Assembly: GCF_024623065.1 (NCBI RefSeq)
Contig: NZ_JANJZR010000025.1
Span: forward strand, 8,028 to 40,027
Direction of reading: 5' to 3'
DNA length: 32,000 nucleotides
Origin: Bacteroides acidifaciens
GTDB lineage: Bacteria; Bacteroidota; Bacteroidia; Bacteroidales; Bacteroidaceae
Every line of letters starts with the position of its first letter. The first letter of the stretch is position 1. A program made the translations under genes and the position numbers. Below are positions 1 through 10,012 of this stretch, piece by piece. The notes under the pieces are model-generated. The model worked only from the letters and a program-made list of their open reading frames with translations. It had not been told where the DNA came from and searched no databases.

Positions 1-163
1 GTAATATAATATTAAAATAAAATAGGATTGTTTTCGGAAAAAAATCGGTTGGAGGCGGATTTAATAGAAAGAAAGGGATATGACATTTGTACAGTTATAT
101 ATGGCTACTTGCTGTTAATATGTTTGTTTTTTACGTTTATGACAACTTTTTTTATGCATTTCT

Positions 164-193
164 TTTGCAAATTAAAATATGTGTGTATTTTTG
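164..193 (+). promoter_or_regulatory. Candidate Bacteroides sigma-ABfr promoter for the SusC-like gene (-33 TTTG at 164-167, -7 TATTTTTG at 186-193)
   Basis: Matches the published Bacteroides consensus TTTG ... TAnnTTTG with an 18-nt spacer. The -7 box ends 28 nt before the ATG at 222. Sequence match only. Confidence 0.35.
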
Positions 194-221
194 TGGTATT
201 TAAATGTAATTATTATATGTT

Positions 222-3200
222 ATGAATGTAGATAGACCTGTATTGACAAGAGTGAAGTGCTCGCTTTTTCTGTCTTTAGGAAAAAGGGCGAAATACTTCT
301 GCTTGGTTTTCATTTTGTTAGGTAGTGTCGCGACAAATGCTGTTTATGCCCAGCAAACGGTGACAGGAGGGAAAGAAACGGCTCGTTCTCCGCAACGCAC
401 GGTGTATAAAGGTATTGTAATTGATGAAGACGATTTGCCGTTGGCAGGTGTGAATGTGACCTTGAAGGGTGATAAGAGCATAGGGGTTACTACCAACGAG
501 AATGGTCATTTCCAGATAGCTCTTCCCGAAGGAAAGAATGTGCTGGTATTCTCTTACATCGGTATGGCGTCTCAGGAAGTGCGTGTGCACGAAGGAAAAT
601 CGGTGACGGTGCGTATGTTGCCGGACGCGCAGCAGTTGGGCGAGACGGTGGTGACCGGTATTTATACCCGGAAGATGGACAGTTTTACCGGTGCTGCTTC
701 TACTTACAAGGCAGAGGAACTGAAAGCAATAGGCAATCAGAATATCCTTCAGAGTTTGAGTGCCTTGGACCCCTCGTTCGTAATTGCTGAAAACAACTTG
801 GCCGGAGCCGACCCGAATAGTATGCTGGACATCAGTATCAACGGAAAAACAAGTATCAACGGTCTGTCGGACACGTACGGAACCGACCCCGACCGGCCGC
901 TTTTCATTCTGGATGGTTTTGAAACAACGTTGGAGAGGATTTCCGACTTGAGCATGGATAGAGTGGAAAGCATCACCATCCTGAAAGATGCTGCCTCCGC
1001 CGCCATCTACGGTTCGAAAGCTGCCAACGGAGTTGTGGTGGTGGAAACAAAGAAACCCGAAGCGGGAAGATTGCGTTTCACATACAATGGAAACTACCAG
1101 GTGAGTTGGGCGGATTTGAGTGACTACAACTTGATGAACGCTGCTGAAAAACTGGAATTCGAGAAATTGTCAGGACGATACGGAGCGCTTGACGAAAACG
1201 GGGAAATACTGATGGATGCCAATCGCGCACTCTACTATTCGCGCTATCGCAACGTGGTAGGCGGATTGGATTCGTACTGGCTGAGCGAACCTCTGCGTAC
1301 GGCTTTTGTGCACGACCATAGTTTGAATGCCGAAGGCGGTGATGCCGCTTTCCGCTACGGGCTGACGTTGCGTTATAAAAATGCAGAGGGCGTAATGAAG
1401 AATTCCGGCCGGCAGAATATCGACGGAACGGTGAACTTGGGCTATCGCATCGACCGTTTTAACTTTTCGAATCAGACGAATATCTACTATACGAAAACGG
1501 ACAATAACGTTGTGTCATTCTCCGAATTCTCCAGTGCCAATCCTTATTATGCGAAGTACGACGAAAACGGTGAAGTGTACAAAGTGCTCGAAAGCTATCA
1601 GGTATTGGGAGGAACGGAGTATGCTTACAACCCGTTGTGGGATTTCCAGCAGAAAAGTTTTAATAGAGGCGATCAGTTGACGTTGAATAATAATTTCAAT
1701 GTTGAGTTCCGTCCTTTCGACAAGATGCGTATCGTTGGTAAATTCGGATTTACGACCACACGTGGAAAGACGGAAGTGTTCAAATCGCCTTTTGACTCCT
1801 CCTTTACGAGTGTCGAAGAACTGAAAAGAGGTACTTTTTCACGCTCGGACAACAACAGTACGAGCTATGACGGAAGTCTGCTGGCAAGCTACGGAGATGC
1901 TATTGGCGTGCATACGTACAACTTTGTAGGCGGTGCGCAGCTTTCCGAAAACAACACCACGATGGGCGCATATCTGACGCAAGGGTATATCAGTGATAAT
2001 TTCTATAATCCGAATTTCTCCAATTCCTATCCCGACGGCGGTAAGCCGAGCTCTTCGGTTGCCAAAGCACGTTCTGCCAGTTTCTATCTGAATGGTAACT
2101 ATGCATATGATATGCGTTATTTGTTCGATTTTAATGTGCGTTCGGACGGTGCTTCGGTGTTTGGAGTGAATAATCCTTTCTCTACGACCTATTCGTTGGG
2201 TGTGGCATGGAACATTCATAACGAGAAGTTCTTCCGTCAGTCGAAACTGGTAAATACGCTGCGCTTGCGCTATACGTTTGGTAATCCCGGCAATCAGAAT
2301 GTGGATGCCAAACTGGCAAATAACGTATATACCTATTATACCAAATATCCCAATCCGTTCGGACTGGCAGCCATAGCCAGCAAATGGGGAAACAAGAACT
2401 TGAAGTGGAAGCGTACACAGACACATAACATCGGTTTGAATGCTACCTTGTTCGACAGGCGGCTGGCCGTGGCGCTCGACTACACATTGCGCAAATCCGA
2501 CCCTGAACTGATTAATGTGGAGCAGCCGACCTCTACCGGAACCTCTTTTATCCCGATGAATATCGGGGCGACCAAAAACAACAATGTTTCCATGACCCTC
2601 GGGTACGATATTATCCGCCGACGTGAACTGCTGTGGAAAGTGACCGCCAATCTGTTGCATACTACCACTACCTATTATAATATAGGCGACCTATTGGAGA
2701 AACTGAACCAGGAAGGACGTGCGGGACAGACTTTGATACGGTATTACGACGGAGCCAGTGCCACTGCCTTGTGGGCAATCCGTTCGATGGGTATCGACCC
2801 GATGAACGGAAATGAAGTGTTCCAGAAGAAGGACGGAACGTACACTTACAAGTGGGATTCGGCAGAAGAGGTGGAATGCGGCGACTCGACCCCCAAGATT
2901 CAGGGAAACTTGGGAACTACCGTACGCTACAAAGGTTTCTCGCTGGGCGTGAACTTTGCTTATCGCTTGGGTGGACAGACTGTTTTGCAAACGCTGCTGA
3001 ATAAGGTTGAGAATATTAACAATGTTGCCGTACGTTACAATCAGGACAAGCGCGCCTTGCACGACCGTTGGCAGAAACCGGGAGATGTGGCCCAGTTTAA
3101 GCGAATTGATGATACGTCGGAGACGAAAATCTCTTCCCGTTTCATTGCCGACGAAAATACGTTGCAGTGTACGAGTATATCATTGGGATACGAAGATACT

Positions 3201-3353
3201 ACTTCCGATTGGATAAAAAAGGCAGGGCTGTCATCGGTGACATTCCGTATTTATACCAACAATATCTTCCGCCTGTCTACCGTCAAGGAAGAACGAGGAC
3301 TCGATTATCCTTTCTCCAGAAGCGTATCCGCTTCTTTGGGCTTACGTTTTTAA
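222..3353 (+). CDS. SusC-like TonB-dependent outer-membrane transporter
   Basis: 1043-aa ORF with a signal-like N-terminus and a carboxypeptidase-regulatory-like segment (YKGIVIDEDDLPLAGVNVTLKG...GHFQI). Plug-like region (ILKDAASAAIYGSKAANGVVVVETK) and a long barrel ending in ...SLGLRF. A SusD-like gene follows 20 nt downstream. No STN signalling domain seen. Confidence 0.9.
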   Translation: MNVDRPVLTRVKCSLFLSLGKRAKYFCLVFILLGSVATNAVYAQQTVTGGKETARSPQRTVYKGIVIDEDDLPLAGVNVTLKGDKSIGVTTNENGHFQIALPEGKNVLVFSYIGMASQEVRVHEGKSVTVRMLPDAQQLGETVVTGIYTRKMDSFTGAASTYKAEELKAIGNQNILQSLSALDPSFVIAENNLAGADPNSMLDISINGKTSINGLSDTYGTDPDRPLFILDGFETTLERISDLSMDRVESITILKDAASAAIYGSKAANGVVVVETKKPEAGRLRFTYNGNYQVSWADLSDYNLMNAAEKLEFEKLSGRYGALDENGEILMDANRALYYSRYRNVVGGLDSYWLSEPLRTAFVHDHSLNAEGGDAAFRYGLTLRYKNAEGVMKNSGRQNIDGTVNLGYRIDRFNFSNQTNIYYTKTDNNVVSFSEFSSANPYYAKYDENGEVYKVLESYQVLGGTEYAYNPLWDFQQKSFNRGDQLTLNNNFNVEFRPFDKMRIVGKFGFTTTRGKTEVFKSPFDSSFTSVEELKRGTFSRSDNNSTSYDGSLLASYGDAIGVHTYNFVGGAQLSENNTTMGAYLTQGYISDNFYNPNFSNSYPDGGKPSSSVAKARSASFYLNGNYAYDMRYLFDFNVRSDGASVFGVNNPFSTTYSLGVAWNIHNEKFFRQSKLVNTLRLRYTFGNPGNQNVDAKLANNVYTYYTKYPNPFGLAAIASKWGNKNLKWKRTQTHNIGLNATLFDRRLAVALDYTLRKSDPELINVEQPTSTGTSFIPMNIGATKNNNVSMTLGYDIIRRRELLWKVTANLLHTTTTYYNIGDLLEKLNQEGRAGQTLIRYYDGASATALWAIRSMGIDPMNGNEVFQKKDGTYTYKWDSAEEVECGDSTPKIQGNLGTTVRYKGFSLGVNFAYRLGGQTVLQTLLNKVENINNVAVRYNQDKRALHDRWQKPGDVAQFKRIDDTSETKISSRFIADENTLQCTSISLGYEDTTSDWIKKAGLSSVTFRIYTNNIFRLSTVKEERGLDYPFSRSVSASLGLRF

Positions 3354-3373
3354 CCGTTTAAATTAAGAGTTTT

Positions 3374-4924
3374 ATGATAACAAAAGATAAAATAAAGGCA
3401 GGAGCGATGGCGCTAATGTTGGTAACGTCTTTCACGTCGTGTGCCGATTGGCTGTCTGTTGATATGGAAGACTCCATCATGGAAAACAAGTTGTATGAAA
3501 CAAACGAAGGTTTTTTGTCTTCTCTGAACGGGGTTTATGCCAAGATGAACGAGAACTACTCGTCGACGCTGACAATGGGCGCTATCGACGTAATGGCACA
3601 GTATTACGATGTGTCGAAAAACAGTACACATACTTATTATGCTTATGCAAATTATCAGCCGGAACAGTTTAAGAGCACTTCCAATGCGCTTTGGACTACG
3701 CAATATGAATTGATTGCCAATTTGAATACTCTCTTGGAGCATTGTGACGAGGCGGGGTCTGCCTTGAATGCCGTTTACTATCCTTACGTGAAAGGGGAGG
3801 CGCTGGCGTTGCGTGCATTCTTACATTTTGACTTGATGCGGGTGTACGGTCCTATTTATAGAGAGAATACGGCAGAGACCGTCACGATTCCTTATGCGGA
3901 AACTTCATCGAAAGAGATACAGCCTTTGTTGTCGGCAAAGACGGTGATGGAAAAGGTGATACGCGACCTGAGTGCCGCTGCGGATTTGTTGAAAGACGAC
4001 AGGATACGTACGGAAGGTGTATTGAACGGTGCTTCCGACAATCCGAATGAAAATACCAACTTGCGCTACCGGCAATATCGGGTGAATTATTTTGCCGTGC
4101 AGGCCTTGCTGGCAAGGGCGTATCTTTGGATAGGCGACAAGGAGAAGGCTTATCAGACGGCGAAGGGATTGATTGCAGAGAGTGAGGAAAAGGAAATATT
4201 CCCGTGGACGAAAAAGGCGGCGGTTACGACAACACTCAATCCCGACCTTCTTTTCTCGTCGGAAGTGATATTTTCGCTTTACAACACTTCGCGTACGAAC
4301 CTGTTTGACCGGATGTTCAACCGGTCGGTAAACCTGAATTCTATTCTCTGCTTTCAGGGTGAGACATTGGAAGAGGGGAATGCCGAATCCAAGCTGACCT
4401 ATTATTTTGATGACATGGGCGACTTGCGGAGAGAATATATGTGGAAAGTGGAAGAGGTGAACCAGAGCGACGAAGAAGGAGGTACGGTAGGTTCGCACAA
4501 GGTGCTCTGTCTGAACAAGTACGAAGGAGTGACCGCAGCCGCGCATCGCTACATGATTCCGCTTGTACGGATGAGTGAGATATATCTGATTGCCGCTGAA
4601 TGTACGGACGACTTGGAAGAAGCCGTGGGTTATGTGAATGCCATTCGGGCAGTTCGCAACTGTGTGAACCTCACACTGACGGAGAGTGATACGAAAGCGA
4701 GCATACAGGAGTATATCACCAATGAGTTCATGCGCGAAGTGATAGGCGAAGGCCAGTTGTTTTTCTATTATAAACGCCACGCCATGCCTTCCATATTGGC
4801 AGGCAACGGTTTTAAGAAAGATTGGAGTGGAAATGCGGTGAAAAGTACCGTAGCAATAGATATGCAGAATTATGTATGGCCGATGCCGGAAGTGGAAATG
4901 GATAAACGCGTAGTATCTGAATAA
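3374..4924 (+). CDS. SusD/RagB-family outer-membrane lipoprotein
   Basis: 516-aa ORF with lipobox (LVTSFTSC). Size and position directly after SusC fit the family. Helical TPR-like N-terminal half and a C-terminal ...EFMREVIGEGQLFFYYKR region typical of SusD homologs. Confidence 0.88.
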   Translation: MITKDKIKAGAMALMLVTSFTSCADWLSVDMEDSIMENKLYETNEGFLSSLNGVYAKMNENYSSTLTMGAIDVMAQYYDVSKNSTHTYYAYANYQPEQFKSTSNALWTTQYELIANLNTLLEHCDEAGSALNAVYYPYVKGEALALRAFLHFDLMRVYGPIYRENTAETVTIPYAETSSKEIQPLLSAKTVMEKVIRDLSAAADLLKDDRIRTEGVLNGASDNPNENTNLRYRQYRVNYFAVQALLARAYLWIGDKEKAYQTAKGLIAESEEKEIFPWTKKAAVTTTLNPDLLFSSEVIFSLYNTSRTNLFDRMFNRSVNLNSILCFQGETLEEGNAESKLTYYFDDMGDLRREYMWKVEEVNQSDEEGGTVGSHKVLCLNKYEGVTAAAHRYMIPLVRMSEIYLIAAECTDDLEEAVGYVNAIRAVRNCVNLTLTESDTKASIQEYITNEFMREVIGEGQLFFYYKRHAMPSILAGNGFKKDWSGNAVKSTVAIDMQNYVWPMPEVEMDKRVVSE

Positions 4925-4939
4925 TAAAAACGAAATCGT

Positions 4940-5854
4940 ATGAAGAAACATATATTAATAGGTTGCACTTTGATGGGAATATTTTCCCTATTGACGAGTT
5001 GTGAGAAAGAACTAATGGGATACGAAGGAAAAGATTGCCTTTATTTTGATGTACGTAGGGGGGCTACCCATATTCTTCCTTCTTTGTGGGGGCATCAGTT
5101 TTATACGGATATCTCTTTCGGAACAATCGTAGAGGATGACGTTGAACTGTCGTTGAAAGTGATGGCTTCGGGCACGCTGAAGGAGTATGACCGTTCTTTC
5201 CGGTTGTCTGTAAACAATGACAGTACGACGGCTATCAGTGGAGTCGACTTCACAGGACTGCAAGATGAGTATATAATTAAGGCAGGAGAGGCAAGCACGG
5301 AAGTGAAGTTTACAGTACATCGCTCTGAACAGATGAACGAGGATACCTTGCAGTTGCAATTGCAGTTGCTTCCCAACGAACATTTCGATTTGAGATATGA
5401 GAATTATGGAGATTATCCCGGTGTCTACAGCCCGACGGACAATGTGGCTTTTTCGGGCAATCATGATGCGTCTATTCATAATTTATTCTTTTATGATGTG
5501 CTCTCCATGCCTCGTGGTGCAGACGGGCTGACCTCTTCGGGCGGATGGTACGGACAGGATAAAGGTGGAACGGGAACCGGGCTTTTCGGTAACTTCTCGG
5601 CAAAGAAATTCCGTCTGATTATGGAACTGACAAATACGACAGTGGCAGACTACGCTGACAAAACGGTAATGCCTATGCCAAGAGCCGAAGCCATCAGTCA
5701 GACTGTAGCTGCGTACTTGCTGGAGATGGCAGAGTCGCGTGAAACAGTAGTGCTAGACGAAGACGGAACAATGATGTTTGTTAGCAATGTGACAACTTTA
5801 GGGGGTAGTAAAGGCTGGGCGCCTTTTACGAAACCGGAAGATTATTTTAAATAA
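4940..5854 (+). CDS. Surface lipoprotein, DUF4843-like (family assigned from memory of similar loci)
   Basis: 304-aa ORF with lipobox (LLTSC), 15 nt after the SusD-like gene. Third position in SusC/SusD/DUF4843/PKD-like type loci. Confidence 0.7.
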   Translation: MKKHILIGCTLMGIFSLLTSCEKELMGYEGKDCLYFDVRRGATHILPSLWGHQFYTDISFGTIVEDDVELSLKVMASGTLKEYDRSFRLSVNNDSTTAISGVDFTGLQDEYIIKAGEASTEVKFTVHRSEQMNEDTLQLQLQLLPNEHFDLRYENYGDYPGVYSPTDNVAFSGNHDASIHNLFFYDVLSMPRGADGLTSSGGWYGQDKGGTGTGLFGNFSAKKFRLIMELTNTTVADYADKTVMPMPRAEAISQTVAAYLLEMAESRETVVLDEDGTMMFVSNVTTLGGSKGWAPFTKPEDYFK

Positions 5855-5863
5855 ACGAAAATT

Positions 5864-7459
5864 ATGATGGCAATGAGAAAAATACAGATACTGTGCGTTG
5901 GGCTTGCAGCTTTGTGGTTGGCTTCATGTACGGACGACAAGGGAAATGATTCGCTTTCTCCGATTAATGAGTTGGAAATAAGCGGTATTGAGGATGAATA
6001 TTATAACGTCGGTTATAAGGAGACATTGGTTATTCCGGTCACATTGAAAGGGTTACTGTCGGGCAGCGACGAGAATCAGTTCGATTATCAGTGGTATCTT
6101 TGCAACAAGGAAGTGACGGAAAATGCGCATAAGCATACAGTGATTAGCACAGAAAAGGATTTGGAGTATCCGTTGGATATTCCTTCCGGAAACTACCGTC
6201 TCTATTTCCGTGCTACGGACAAGGAAACCGGTATGCAATGGGAGAAGGTGACTTCGCTGACTGTGTTGAGTCCTTTTGTCCGCGGTTTCTATTTGTGGGG
6301 AGATAAAGAAGACGGTACGTGTGGTATGGACTTTGTAAGTATGATTGAAGGACGTGACACTACGATGATGGCAGATTTGTTTGATAACACTGTGGGATTG
6401 AAGAAAGCCGGAAACATCGTTTTCACAGGTACGTATGTTGCTACTCCTCATGTAGTCAACTTATGGGCGACGGCGGAAAACGGGGCGTACTCTTTGGAAC
6501 ATTCGTCTTCGTTGGAGAAGTTCGGAGTATTGGAAAATATATCGCTGGACAAAATGGTATTCCCCACTCTTGAGGTGACGCGTCCGTTGAATTTTGTCGA
6601 TATCGTTCCTCATCCTTATGGTTCGAGCAATATGAACCGGGCACGTAGCTGGCGGGTGTTGCTTACCGAAAGAGATGCTTTCTTTTGCGGCTCGCTACTC
6701 TCTTCCGAAGCATACGGCAATCCGATGAACCGATATGATGCGAATACTTCTGTGCTGTACAAGCCTTCTCCTTATGTGTTTTATCAGGACAACTCGACCT
6801 ATTTGCAGGCTGTGGCTTTTTTTGACGAAACCAATCATTGTTTTACGGTTCAGAATGGGGCAAGTTATGCCGTTACCCATACTGTGAAATGCACTGATTC
6901 CGAATCGCCTTTCTGGTTCGACCAAAATAAATACACCCCAGTCCGTGATTTGGTGTATGGCGAAAACGGATTTAACGGGGGATACTCGTATGCGTTGATG
7001 AACGATGCCAACGGCGACTATTACATCTATAAATTCAAAGTAACCAGATATGGAGCAGCAGGAGTTACCAAGTCACTTGCACGTACGGTCGACAAAGCTG
7101 TGGCTACGGATTTTGATAAAGCCGGCCATTATACCTTCTTCTCCGTGCAACCTGTGATTCTTTATGCGGTAGGAGCCGATTTGTGGGCTTACGATTATGT
7201 GCGCAACATCGCCAAGAAAGTGGCTACGATGGATGGAGAAATCACCTATCTGGCTATGGATGCCCATTCCAGCAATACTCCGACCGATTTTATCGTAGCT
7301 ACCTATAGCGAATCTCAAAAAGGTACGGTTTATAAATATACCATTAAAGACGACCCGAACGACATTGTTGTGGAACCGCACACTTACCATACGGAAAGTT
7401 ATCCGTGGAAAACGAATCTGAAAGTAGCGAAGGTAGAATACCGTAATTCAAGTTTATAA
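5864..7459 (+). CDS. PKD-like family surface lipoprotein (putative)
   Basis: 531-aa ORF with lipobox (WLASC), 9 nt after the previous gene. Beta-rich composition. Position and size match the lipoprotein that usually follows DUF4843 genes. Confidence 0.7.
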   Translation: MMAMRKIQILCVGLAALWLASCTDDKGNDSLSPINELEISGIEDEYYNVGYKETLVIPVTLKGLLSGSDENQFDYQWYLCNKEVTENAHKHTVISTEKDLEYPLDIPSGNYRLYFRATDKETGMQWEKVTSLTVLSPFVRGFYLWGDKEDGTCGMDFVSMIEGRDTTMMADLFDNTVGLKKAGNIVFTGTYVATPHVVNLWATAENGAYSLEHSSSLEKFGVLENISLDKMVFPTLEVTRPLNFVDIVPHPYGSSNMNRARSWRVLLTERDAFFCGSLLSSEAYGNPMNRYDANTSVLYKPSPYVFYQDNSTYLQAVAFFDETNHCFTVQNGASYAVTHTVKCTDSESPFWFDQNKYTPVRDLVYGENGFNGGYSYALMNDANGDYYIYKFKVTRYGAAGVTKSLARTVDKAVATDFDKAGHYTFFSVQPVILYAVGADLWAYDYVRNIAKKVATMDGEITYLAMDAHSSNTPTDFIVATYSESQKGTVYKYTIKDDPNDIVVEPHTYHTESYPWKTNLKVAKVEYRNSSL

Positions 7460-7480
7460 ATTTATTAAAAGCAGAATAGA

Positions 7481-8572
7481 ATGAAAAAATTGTTATTGAT
7501 CGCCGTGGCGATAGGCCTGTCTTTCCCGTTGCTGGCACAAACGAATTTCCGTTCGCTCTCTTTTTCGGAAGTGATGGATGCTGCCCGCCAAGAGAAGAAG
7601 CTAGTGTTTATTGATTTTTATACAGACTGGTGTGGTCCTTGCAAGAAGATGGCACGCGAGACATTCCCGCAGAAGAATGTCGGCAACTTTATGAATCAGA
7701 ACTTCGTCTGTCTTAAGTTGAATGCCGAAAAAGAGGGCAAGGAGCTGGCAGCCCGTTATGCAGTGAAGGCTTATCCCACCTTTATCATCCTCGATTCGGA
7801 CGGAAAAGTTCGTTCGGAACTGAAAGGTGCGATGGACGGCGATGCATTTATAGCGAAGCTGAAGGCGGGACTGGACCCCGAACAGACGCCAGAGCGTATG
7901 GCAGAGCGTTATCAGGCAGGCGAACGTACGCCGGAACTGGTGAATAACTACGCATTGCACATGATGGAGCAGCGAAAAGAGAAGGAGGGCTTTGAGATAG
8001 TGAACAATTATTTCGAATCCTTGTCCGAAGCCGAACGCCTCAAGGCGGTGAATGCCTTCCTCTTCACTCGCTATACGCTCAACATAGACGATGCAAAGGC
8101 ACGTTTTATGGTGGCACATCGCGATGAGTTTGATGCGACGGTGAAGGAAGAGATTGCAGAAAGAGTAGCTCGGTTGTATCGTGCGAAGTTAATCATGTAT
8201 TTCTCCGGCTACCAGCTTCGTTCCAATCTTTATAAAGAAGAAGAGTATCAGACGTTGAAAAACGAGATTTGCAGTCTAGGACTGGACAAGGAGTACAAAT
8301 ACGCCCCGATGTTCCGCTTGATCGAAGGAAGGCTGATTTGCGATGATGAGGCCTATGTGGATATGTGCGTGAAAGAATATGACGGATTGGAAGAGGCCGA
8401 CCGCAGTTTGCTGATAATGAATCTGACACGCCTGATTCAGACGGACGATGTGGCTATTTTGAAGCGGATGTCCGAATTCATACGCAATCATTTGCGCGAA
8501 ATGGTGCCGAGTTGCATATCCGTTGCCAGTCGTGCGTTGGAGGATATCGAGTCGCGGATGAATAAGAAATAA
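7481..8572 (+). CDS. Secreted thioredoxin-fold protein with a long helical C-terminal extension
   Basis: 363-aa ORF with a cleavable signal (…SFPLLAQ) and the thioredoxin active-site context FIDFYTDWCGPCKKM. About 230 aa of C-terminal region has unknown function. Confidence 0.8.
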   Translation: MKKLLLIAVAIGLSFPLLAQTNFRSLSFSEVMDAARQEKKLVFIDFYTDWCGPCKKMARETFPQKNVGNFMNQNFVCLKLNAEKEGKELAARYAVKAYPTFIILDSDGKVRSELKGAMDGDAFIAKLKAGLDPEQTPERMAERYQAGERTPELVNNYALHMMEQRKEKEGFEIVNNYFESLSEAERLKAVNAFLFTRYTLNIDDAKARFMVAHRDEFDATVKEEIAERVARLYRAKLIMYFSGYQLRSNLYKEEEYQTLKNEICSLGLDKEYKYAPMFRLIEGRLICDDEAYVDMCVKEYDGLEEADRSLLIMNLTRLIQTDDVAILKRMSEFIRNHLREMVPSCISVASRALEDIESRMNKK

Positions 8573-8602
8573 GGAACTTACAGGCTAATAACCAACTTGT
8601 TA

Positions 8603-8642
8603 CAGCATCCCTATATCCTGTGTGCAGGACATAGGGATGCTG
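8603..8642. terminator. Strong hairpin between convergent genes (probable bidirectional terminator)
   Basis: CAGCATCCCTAT (8603-8614) pairs with ATAGGGATGCTG (8631-8642), and inner TCCTG/CAGGA pairing extends the stem. Lies between the 3' ends of the thioredoxin-like and ampG-like genes. No clear U-tract. Confidence 0.5.
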
Positions 8643-8731
8643 CGTATTGTACATATAGGTGCTGGAAACAGGACGTATATGTACTGTAAATCAGTGCTAG
8701 GACAAGTGAAAAAATGGTTCGATTCCTCCTT

Positions 8732-9997
8732 TTATCTCTCTATTTGCTTGCGAATCATAAGCGAAGCGGCAATGCCGGGTATGGTACAGATACACACCCA
8801 AATGAAGAAATTGGTGTATCCGAGTTGCTCCTGTATCCAGCCTGCGGGCATTCCCGGAATCATCATGCCCAGTGCCATAAATCCGGTGCCGATGGCATAA
8901 TGTGCCGTCTTGTGCTCGCCTTCCGCAAGATAAATCAGATAAAGCATATAAGCTGTGAAACCAAAACCGTAGCCCAGTTGCTCGATAGCTACGCAGATGG
9001 ATATAAACAGGGGATTATCCGGAGTGGTGGCAGCCATCCATACATATAAAATATCCGGCAGGTTGATAGCTAGTGCCATGGGGAGTATCCATTTTTTGAA
9101 TCCGTCGCGCGAAACAAGGAAGCCACTGATAATCCCTCCGGTCAACAAGGCGATGACGCCTATTGTGCCGTAAATCATCCCGACTGTTGCCGTCGACAAT
9201 CCCAGTCCGCCTTTATCCATAGTATCGAGCAGGAAAGGAGAGGCTATTTTGGCTAACTGTGACTCTCCCAGCCGATAGGTGAGCAGGAAAAAGAACATGA
9301 GTCCCAAATGCTTCTTCTTGAAGAAAGTGACGAAAGTCTGGAGAAAATCTTCTAGTAACTTTCTCGCTGTCAGCCCCGGACGTTTAGTGTCGGAAGCGGG
9401 ATGGGGGAGAATAAAACGGTGGTAGATAGTAAGGGCAAGAAATAATCCCGCCATAAAGTAGAATGTAATGCTCCATGCCAGAGGAATATTGTTTTGCGAT
9501 GTCTCCAACCAACCTGCCAACATCACAAGAATACCTTGCCCGAAGATATTGGCGAGCCGGTAGAATGTGTTTCGGATACCAACAAAGAAAGACTGTGCTT
9601 TGTCGGTAAGCCCGAGCATATAGAAACCGTCCGCTGCAATGTCATGCGTAGCCGAACTGAACGCCAACAGCCAGAAAAAGGCAAGAGTGAACTGCACATA
9701 ATGAGGCGTAGGGATAAAAAAGGCTATCCCTGCAAATCCGGCAGCGATGAGTCCTTGCATGGCGATAACCCAGGCACGCTTTGTTTTCACCAAATCAACG
9801 AAAGGACTCCACAAAGGTTTGATGGTCCAGGGCAGATAAAGCCAGGAGGTATATAAGGCTATTTCTGTATTCGACAATCCCAGGCGCTTGTACATGATGA
9901 CGGCAATAGTCATTACCGCTACATAGGGCAGCCCTTCTGCAAAGTAGAGGGTTGGAATCCAACTCCAAGGATTTTTGTTTATGGTTGGCGTTGTCAT
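8732..9997 (-). CDS. ampG: AmpG-family MFS permease (muropeptide/anhydromuropeptide importer-like)
   Basis: 421-aa polytopic ORF. N-terminal YFAEGLPYV ... LYLPWTIKPLWSPFVD motif region is characteristic of AmpG-type transporters. Starts 15 nt after the upstream gene. Confidence 0.8.
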   Translation of the reverse strand: MTTPTINKNPWSWIPTLYFAEGLPYVAVMTIAVIMYKRLGLSNTEIALYTSWLYLPWTIKPLWSPFVDLVKTKRAWVIAMQGLIAAGFAGIAFFIPTPHYVQFTLAFFWLLAFSSATHDIAADGFYMLGLTDKAQSFFVGIRNTFYRLANIFGQGILVMLAGWLETSQNNIPLAWSITFYFMAGLFLALTIYHRFILPHPASDTKRPGLTARKLLEDFLQTFVTFFKKKHLGLMFFFLLTYRLGESQLAKIASPFLLDTMDKGGLGLSTATVGMIYGTIGVIALLTGGIISGFLVSRDGFKKWILPMALAINLPDILYVWMAATTPDNPLFISICVAIEQLGYGFGFTAYMLYLIYLAEGEHKTAHYAIGTGFMALGMMIPGMPAGWIQEQLGYTNFFIWVCICTIPGIAASLMIRKQIER

Positions 9998-10012
9998 GGC
10001 ATCAGTCTGATT

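Noticed and set aside
28-225. 65-aa ORF upstream of and overlapping the SusC-like start
   Set aside because: It has a TTG start, an AT-rich low-complexity hydrophobic translation, and overlaps the likely promoter. It is most likely non-coding leader or promoter DNA.
8622-9049. + strand ORFs of 92 and 111 aa at the ampG 3' end
   Set aside because: They are antisense to the AmpG-like CDS or lie within the terminator hairpin region. They show no motifs and are shadow ORFs.
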